NCBI GenBank assembly: GCA_030295235.1
Contig: AP026172.1
Coordinates: forward strand, 62,001-126,000
Source of the DNA: Fistulifera solaris
Lineage: Eukaryota
Direction: 5' to 3'
Length of the DNA: 64,000 nt
The notes under the pieces are model-generated. The model saw only the letters and a list, made by a program, of their open reading frames with translations, did no database searches and was not told the origin of the DNA. A program made the position numbers and the translations under genes. Shown in pieces: positions 56,586 to 64,000 of this stretch (its first letter is position 1; the number at the start of each line of letters is the position of its first letter).

Positions 56586-57687
56586 TGAGCCCGGCAATGA
56601 TTGGTGTTGATGATGCTATCGATCGATTGATTGCCATGAGACACCAAGAGGAAGTCAATTATTCCTACCGAAAGTACCTCCCTCCGTTTCCTGCTGGATC
56701 ATTTGATGGAAGGTTGAACGTAACATGGCGAGAAAAGATTTGTCAATGGAGCTACAACGTAGTAGACCAGTAAGTATTAACTTTCACAGAGTGCTTTTCT
56801 TCTTTGATTGCCGACCTTGCTAATTTACTAAATCTCCGATACAGTTTCGAACTATCGAGAGAAGTCGTTGCCGTAAGCATATCAATATTTGATCGCTTTC
56901 TAGCGACTCAAGGAAACAAGTGTAACGGCACGCTTGCCCTTTAACGTCGCTAACCACGTTACACATCGCCATCAAGCTGCACGAGAACAAGAAGATCAAG
57001 CTGACTACTTTAGCGAACTTGAGCAGAGGCCAGTTTGGGCCTGAACATATCGAGGAAATGGAGAGACGAATACTAAATGCTGTCGGCTGGAAAGTTCACC
57101 CACCGACGCACTATGCTTTCATCTCGGACTTTCTACTGCTTTTGCCTCAGGAAGCTAACCCTGTGGTCCGTAAAGAGCTGTTTGAACTTTCACGCTACAT
57201 TTCTGAGCTCGCTGTTTGCGACTCTTTCTTTGTTGATGTCAACAACTCAACAGTAGCTTTTGCAGCTCTGCTCTGTGTTATGGATGATATCAGTTATTCG
57301 AGGCTATCAGCGGGTTTGCGCGAGAAGATGTTAGTGGACATTTCCCTCAGAGTTGGTTTGAACCACTTCTCGCGCCCCGTTCAAGCTGCTCGTGAGCGTT
57401 TGAGAACAATGTTTATCAACAGCTCAGCGCATACCATGCTTGCGAGTTTCAACCAGAAAATGCACGACGCTACGTCCGATTTGCACTCCTTTGGGAATGC
57501 CTCGCTATCATCCACTGGATCTAGTTCTCCGTCCCTTCCAAGCAGATCGCGCACCAATTCCTTCGACAGCAAGAGCAGCTATCGATATTCCCCTTCACCA
57601 AGACGCCATTTTGTTGCAAGCGTCTCACCGATGCGCCATGGCCGATCCCACATGTCTTGCTCCCCCATTATGGCAGGCGTACAATGA
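56586..57687 (+). CDS. Cyclin (diatom-specific type); intron ~56770-56843, frameshift at ~56941
   Basis: WREKICQWSYNVVD|..LSREVVAVS.SIFDRFL...LHIAIKL...EMERRILNAVGWKVHPPT; Ser-rich tail. Confidence 0.88.
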
Positions 57688-58670
57688 TTCCTGTGATAGA
57701 ACGCAACCACGCACACAACATACAGATACATACCCTCATACATACTTACATTCTCTTACACCAAGAGACACTAGATTGAACACACGAGATCACAAAATGG
57801 TTAAACAGTGATAATAGACTAATATTTTCCAGTTGGTTACAACATAGACTGCTATACCATGAACTTCTTAAGCCCATTATGCTTATGGCGAAAAATGTTC
57901 TCATGACGAGTCCTAACAATTATTGCTTCCCTCATCCTGTTACCATACAAGAGGAGCTTTCTACAGAGTTTGAAGTTAAACTAGATCCTGGAGTCCTGGA
58001 GCTCTTCCTAGCTGCAAAGATCGAACGGTGCGCAGCCCGACGATTGTATACAGCAATAAAAGTTCCATCGGCAACAGCAATAGCCCTGCCGAGCACTGAC
58101 GTAGATCTTCCAATGTCAACTCCGACTTTTCAGTATTGCCGGATTGCACCATCAAACATTGATCCAATCGTGACTATAGTTTGTAGAGTAGTCTCATCGC
58201 CGCTCGCCGCTCGCCGCTACGATTCATAGCTCGTAGCACGTTGCACTTGCAGTCTGGAGTCTGGATGACGATAGGGAGGAGGGAGCGAGGATCATTGTTC
58301 GTCGTTGATCCGGTTGATCCAGTTTATGGTTTATGGGTATTTACCTCAACAAACAACAATACTTACGTCAGCATCGTCATTAGGTCATGAGTCGTATTTG
58401 ACTCTTCTTATTAAAGTACAAAGTACCAGTACGTAGCCAACCGCTCGTTCAAGTCTGTCATTTTCTGGATGACGCCATTTATTTGTGTTCAATGTCCACC
58501 TTTACGTCATTCATAATCATCACTACCTGTACGACACGTGATGCGGTATTCACGGAGGTCTTTTGCAACATAAGTTCGTCCACTTTTTTTGGTTTCCGAT
58601 TTCCACATCGTCCCTTACGAGTCAAGCGATACGATTTCAATCATCGTTGAACTAGCTTCATTTAAACACA

Positions 58671-60086
58671 ATGGAGACGAGCGATTCCTTTTTTCACAAG
58701 TTAATCAAGGGCAAGCGACCTTTGGAAGTGTCGTCGGATCCGTCTTTCGAAAATGGAATAACCGAAAATACTGACGCAGAAATTCATGTATCCGGGTCGA
58801 AGAAGCAAAGAGTCGTTCGTTGCTTCGATGAGGATCATGTCGCTTCTCCTACATTTTCTCATTTTCTTGAGAGCTCTCACTTTAAAAACCAGGAACAAAA
58901 CGTTTCATCCTTGCAATCATCGCGCCTATCCGATACAAACGTAGAATCAACGAACAACAACCGAGAAACAAAAGTAACATTGAGCGCTCATTCTTCTACC
59001 GCCACACCCTTCCCATCGACGTCTGAATTGAAAGTAGTATCTGATGGTGAGACAGAGTCGGTGATGGCAGCATCATCATCTTCTTCACTTGTCAAACTGG
59101 AATCCGCCATCACACATGAATTGACGGAGCAGTGCGAATCTCATGCACCAGCGTTCAAATTGTCCAAGATGACTCCAGTCTCCGTTACGCCTTATCCCTC
59201 CTCTGTCAACCTAAGTGAAGTGAAGGTGAATGTAGAGGATGCAGTGCGCTTAGAATACCTTTCTCCTAAAAAAGAAGACGTGTCAGTGCGTCGCGCTGAG
59301 GATTCGCCGGCAATAGAATCTCCCTTGAATATGACGGTTCAAAGTGCTCAATCAAAGCAGATCAACGGAAGGAATGGCGTTCGGCGCGTATTCGTTCTTC
59401 TCATTTTGTTGCTGCTTGCTCTGTTCTCTTCCTTACGCTGGAATTCGAGACCAGTTCTGAGGAGTGAAAATACTGTTTTCGTTCCTGGTGCGGGTTTTTC
59501 AGGTTTTTGGTATACATTAGGAAAACTTCGAAGTATTCCTAGTCCGTCGGAGAAAGAATTTTACTGCTATTCCTCGGGATGTTTGGCGGTTGTGACTATC
59601 TTGCGCAATTTGACGGTCAATGAAGTGTATGACAAGGCTAGAGCTGTTCAGGTTCGATGGCAGGAGGGTCATCTTCACCGCTATGAAGTTGTAGCTTCCT
59701 TCGTCGATGATCTATTGAGTGACATTGTAGTTACAGAAACAACAAATGCTACGAGGTTCGACGCCACATCTCTTCTATCGGTGAACATCATCACTTCCAT
59801 TTACCGCGGGGGCCCCATCCTGGCTTCAGAAATTAGAAGAGCCGAGTCGCTCGACGAATTGAAAACGATGCTTTTGCAGACGACATGGATTCCCTTTGCT
59901 GTGGGAGGTTCTTTGTGGCACGACAGCCATATGGACGGAGCTTTCACTGCGAACCAACACCCTTTGTGTGCTTTGGAAGTCGGATTACCATGGAATTTTG
60001 ACATGGTTACAAATGCGGTGAACGTCAACCTCGGAAAAGATAAAGTGGAGAAGTTTTACAACATGGGTCTGGGACATGGGTTCTAA
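58671..60086 (+). CDS. Patatin-like phospholipase with disordered N-terminus and one TM
   Basis: PGAGFSGFW (Gly loop), CYSSG (nucleophile elbow), TTWIPF, MDGAF. Confidence 0.75.
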   Translation: METSDSFFHKLIKGKRPLEVSSDPSFENGITENTDAEIHVSGSKKQRVVRCFDEDHVASPTFSHFLESSHFKNQEQNVSSLQSSRLSDTNVESTNNNRETKVTLSAHSSTATPFPSTSELKVVSDGETESVMAASSSSSLVKLESAITHELTEQCESHAPAFKLSKMTPVSVTPYPSSVNLSEVKVNVEDAVRLEYLSPKKEDVSVRRAEDSPAIESPLNMTVQSAQSKQINGRNGVRRVFVLLILLLLALFSSLRWNSRPVLRSENTVFVPGAGFSGFWYTLGKLRSIPSPSEKEFYCYSSGCLAVVTILRNLTVNEVYDKARAVQVRWQEGHLHRYEVVASFVDDLLSDIVVTETTNATRFDATSLLSVNIITSIYRGGPILASEIRRAESLDELKTMLLQTTWIPFAVGGSLWHDSHMDGAFTANQHPLCALEVGLPWNFDMVTNAVNVNLGKDKVEKFYNMGLGHGF

Positions 60087-60146
60087 AGTTTTCGCTGGTG
60101 CTACCTAGAGCCACTAACAAGTGGCCTAACAAAGCTCTCTTTATGG

Positions 60147-62419
60147 CTAAGAAGAAATTTCTAGTTCCTTCTCAGAAAGACGATCAAATGTCATCACCAT
60201 TTCACAGTGATCGGTGAGGGGAAACATATCAACTGGCGATGCCGAGGTTATGCGAAAAGCATTTCCTGGGTACTTTTTGGATGCTGGCTGACAAAGCAAA
60301 GTCGCGTCTTGGACCAATGACCCGGTGGGGTTGCAGCTAACGTAAACAATCCTTTTAATTCTTCGATTGGCCCTCAGTGTACGAAGTACCTCGTTGTGAA
60401 GCCCCTCCCGCGCGGGATCGACAACAGCAACAAACTGCAGGTTTTCCTCTTTGGCTTTGCCTATTTCTTTGCTAAGTACCTGTTCTGCTCGAGCGGCAAC
60501 GAAAGCGACATCCCAGCTCTTTGGCGTACTGTCGCCTTCATTACTCTCGTCTTTTCGTACTGTAAATCCATTCGCAACAGCATTCACTTTCGCATCCTTA
60601 ATAGCTAAATATAAATGGACTTGAGAATCGGATGCTGTTCGGAGAGTCTAGCGTGCACCGTGACATAAAGAGACGTACCTGGCTCACTGATATCGACGCC
60701 GACCACTCTTCCGACGGCACCTTCTTTCAAACAAGTAAGCCCGATGGTGCCTGTTCCGCAACAAACATCGAAAAGAAGCATATCTTTCGCTGATGGTGTC
60801 ACTTCTTTCACTCGATCCACTACCATCTGGTAAAGTATTTCTGCCCCCTCTGTGTTGACCTGGAAAAATGCACCAGGTGATATTTGGAAGTGGCATTGAC
60901 CTAGTCGTTCTGTAAGAGTCTTCTTGCCAAAGACGTGCTATTGCAGAGAGGAGAACGCGAAAAGTTTACTTGAGCTTGACTAATCAATCATAATATGGTA
61001 TCATCATTTTTGCTTACCTGTACAGGATGTTCAGGTGGAGGATGCGAGACTCCTCCGAATTCCTGAAAGAAAACGCAAGTGACTTTGATGGGTTCGTCGT
61101 TGGGTACTTGAAGCTCAGCAGCGGTCAGGACGGATACTAACCGTACCTGTTCGGCTTCGAAATATCCCGCGTAAGAAGATTCATCGCCCACTCCCCCCGA
61201 TGGAGGAGTATGTTGGATAATGACCATGCATTCCCTCGTTCGCCGGGATGTCCGCAAAGTCATCACCCGCCAAAAACCAACATGATCTTTCACGTCATAC
61301 GGCGGCAATGGACTCGTCGCCAGAAACGTATCTACTAGATCTACTAGCTGGCACACTTCCGTGGGTATATTCTGACAAACGTGTGGACGCGAAACCCCAC
61401 CCGCCCAACCAGTGACCATAAATCCGACGGCTGGAATTTTGGTCGGTTCCGCGTCCTCTTTGTTCTCGTCGTCAAACTGGTATCGATACCCGAAATTGAA
61501 CTCGCATTTGTTTCTCAATGGAGTCGGTGCACTAACAATGTTCTCCACAAAAACACTGCGGTCTCCCCTTGAGCCAAGCGTACAATTGTACCGTTTGTCG
61601 CTTCTTGTCTCGATCCAACTCTCTGCGTTGGCGTCAATATGGACCATGAATGAGCAATATTCAACCAATATACATAAATGGTTCGCATGTTACGCACCGG
61701 AATCGCTTTTTAACGTTCGCGACGATTTTCATAGCACATCCCTTGATCATGTTCGTCATTTTCTTGCTTTTCTGCTCATCCGCGGACAATTGCCAGAGTG
61801 GGGTCACTTTATTTTGAACTTCTTCTTCCGTAACAGGACGTCGTGCTGCCGATGTACTTTCGTCAATGATCCGCTGACGCTTGGAAGTAGGGGCCGAAGT
61901 GTGTTCCGTATCATCCGCAGCACCTCGTTTCTTGTTGTCGTTACTTTCTTCAGCTCCGGGCTTGGCTACAAGTTCATATCCTCGTTTGTTTTTCAACTTA
62001 TTCTCATTAATGTACTGAATGAGTAGCGGACACATTGATTCTTCTTTCATTGTTATAACGACAAAACTATCTTGAGGAGGTTTTCGGAACTTTTCAAAGT
62101 CGATCGTTTTGTCAGGATACTTTTCTTGAGCCGCTTTCATCCAAGATGTGACCATTTTTGCCGTTTCTTTGTTCTTCATGAATTTCATGACATTATGCAC
62201 AATCACTTTTCGATTTGAGAAATCCCAGTGTCGTTCGACTGTATTCTTTTCCGACGACTCTGTTTCCTTGACTTCCGATGCCGTCGTTTCTGCTAAAATG
62301 GGCTCCTCTGTTGGGGACGAGGAAGACGCTACCGCATTCGCTCCTTCTTCCTGGTGTCCAATCTCCGCAGCAGTCAATTCCTCCATGATCTGAGTCATTT
62401 GCTGTTTGACTTCTTTCAT
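60147..62419 (-). CDS. TRMT2A: tRNA (uracil-5)-methyltransferase TRMT2A/Trm2, multi-exon
   Basis: VTPLW, RNKCEF.FG, GFWR..TLRTS, FQISPGAFFQVN, DVCCGTGTIG, VDPAREGL, YVSCNP, VDMFPLTDHCE. Confidence 0.92.
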
Positions 62420-63163
62420 GCAGAAACGACTGTTTTGAAGAGTTTGATTGCTGAAAAAGAAAGAAATAACTTTTGCGATGCTTCGTTTTTGTTGTTATTG
62501 GTAGCGATGGAGCTTTTTCTTGGTGTGGCGAAACGATGTTCTCGTTTTGTGATTCCAAATTCCTTGGTTCAATATAGGTTAAAGTGTTGACGACGACGAC
62601 TCTCTTTCACCACGGCACGGCTGCATTGCGAGCCACATTGCAATTTATTCTCTTTTTACTTTACTCGATTGTTGAGCTGCACTTGTGCGGATCACAATGC
62701 AGTTACGTTTAATAGCATTTACAAAAGCACCACCAATCATCTTGTCCGATCCTTGTGAATCGCTTTCGCCTTATCTTACTATACCTGGTAGAATTAAAAT
62801 GTTTCTTCTCGCGTCACCACGACTGCATTTCAGTCATGAAATCTTCGTGCGGGACCGGTACTAAAAGGATCTGTGTTTCAATGATCCGGGAGACACGACA
62901 GATACTTGTAGTCTACTGTCTACAAAAAGACACGCGCGATGCGATGAAGCAAAATTAGGCGCAAAAAAAACGCAATAGAAGAACACGACAAAAAAGCAAC
63001 CATCAATTGCTCATCATTACAAGCAAAACGATCCATTACGAAAGCTCTCTGGCCCTTTCAAGTGCATTTCCTTACGCATATTTTGTTCTGATTAGACGAT
63101 TGCGCACCGAGTAGATTGATTTTGAGCGAACAATAAAGAAAGAAACGAAATATTCGAAACAGA

Positions 63164-64000
63164 ATGGTGGACGACATGTCAAAGACAAACGCGATTGTTG
63201 GTCCCGTCAGTCATGACGACAAAAACAACAGTCAGGAAGACCTCAAATCCATTAACCTCTTAATGTTGGATGAAAGGTCGATTACATCAACTACTTCTTC
63301 TTGCACTTGGTCAGACGCACAGGTCGTGAATGCATTGCGAAAAAAGAAAATGTCTCCGGCGACACAAACACTTTATCAGTTGTCACAAACAGTCGATCAA
63401 CTTGATTTACTTTGTAACAACTCGGTAATCGACTCTCCGGCTCAACGCAACGTTCGGTGCCCTCCCGAGTTCTCGCAGTATGAATTTTCGGTCGCGGCGA
63501 TTCTCGCAAATGCGGCGCAGTCGAAACATGAAAACGAATCCTATTACGAGAACGATGAAGAGGAAACACAGCTACAGCAAGACGAAAATGTGTCGAATCA
63601 AAAGAAAAGAAAGGGAGACAACTCACTGCTTTTCGACACGAGTTCTGTTTTGGTCCAAGCAGCCAAGGCACCGCGTCGTCGTGAAACGACTACGGAAAGC
63701 AACCGCAAGGTCGACGTACAAAAGAAACCATCGCGTGTGAAGCACAAAGTGCAGAAAAGCCAACCAAGTCAGCGCATTGTCAGCAAAGAGAAAAAACAAT
63801 CTGCTGCGCAATCGTCGACGCTGCCCAAAAAAGAATCCGCAGGGGTCGTATCGGAGTCAAAGCGTCGAAAAGTGGCGGGAAAGCGCCTCATCAAAGTGTT
63901 TCAGTCCATGCGACAAGCCGCGGAAGCAGAAGGGACCCATCACGGACACATTAAGCGACTCATCGAGTCGGGAGTTGTCACAAACGGCTGTGTTTGGAAA
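63164..64000 (+). CDS. Hypothetical protein truncated by the window edge, with a NUMOD1-like HTH
   Basis: 279 open codons from ATG 63164 (absent from the ORF track because it has no stop); ends LIKVFQSMRQAAEAEG....IKRLI...VTNGCVWK. Confidence 0.65.
   Translation, partial: MVDDMSKTNAIVGPVSHDDKNNSQEDLKSINLLMLDERSITSTTSSCTWSDAQVVNALRKKKMSPATQTLYQLSQTVDQLDLLCNNSVIDSPAQRNVRCPPEFSQYEFSVAAILANAAQSKHENESYYENDEEETQLQQDENVSNQKKRKGDNSLLFDTSSVLVQAAKAPRRRETTTESNRKVDVQKKPSRVKHKVQKSQPSQRIVSKEKKQSAAQSSTLPKKESAGVVSESKRRKVAGKRLIKVFQSMRQAAEAEGTHHGHIKRLIESGVVTNGCVWK

Noticed and set aside
57879..58229. 116-aa ORF after the second cyclin
   Set aside because: No motifs, and the length is compatible with chance.

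Overview
Eukaryotic nuclear DNA, most likely from a diatom. The evidence is short GT-AG introns (~70-135 bp), dense gene packing, signal peptide + 'F' (ASAFAP-type) plastid presequences, cyclins resembling diatom-specific types and a Ty1/copia element end. About 30 protein-coding genes are supported. Many are split by single-base frameshifts in homopolymer runs, even essential CPSF100, so these are probably long-read assembly errors rather than pseudogenes. Recognisable genes: globin, FEA1/ISIP2-type iron protein, two RING-H2 ligases, amino-acid permease, two GT31 galactosyltransferases flanking a polysaccharide pyruvyl transferase, TBC protein, CPSF100, two SGNH esterases, TPT-family transporter, kinase-like protein, MYST acetyltransferase, AmiE-type amidase, Shewanella-like phosphatase, metzincin, LSm7, nocturnin, DPM3, two cyclins, patatin and TRMT2A. 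The three best candidates for an undescribed system are: (1) a three-domain Mpo1-like / HxD..H oxygenase / PEMT fusion enzyme (53.7-55.4 kb); (2) a divergent metal-uptake pair, a Cys/His-repeat surface protein plus a FEA1-like protein, sharing a central CACGTGTC element next to a globin (2.7-7.2 kb); (3) a putative pyruvylated-galactose glycan cluster (19-24 kb). All calls come from motif recognition only; no database searches were run.
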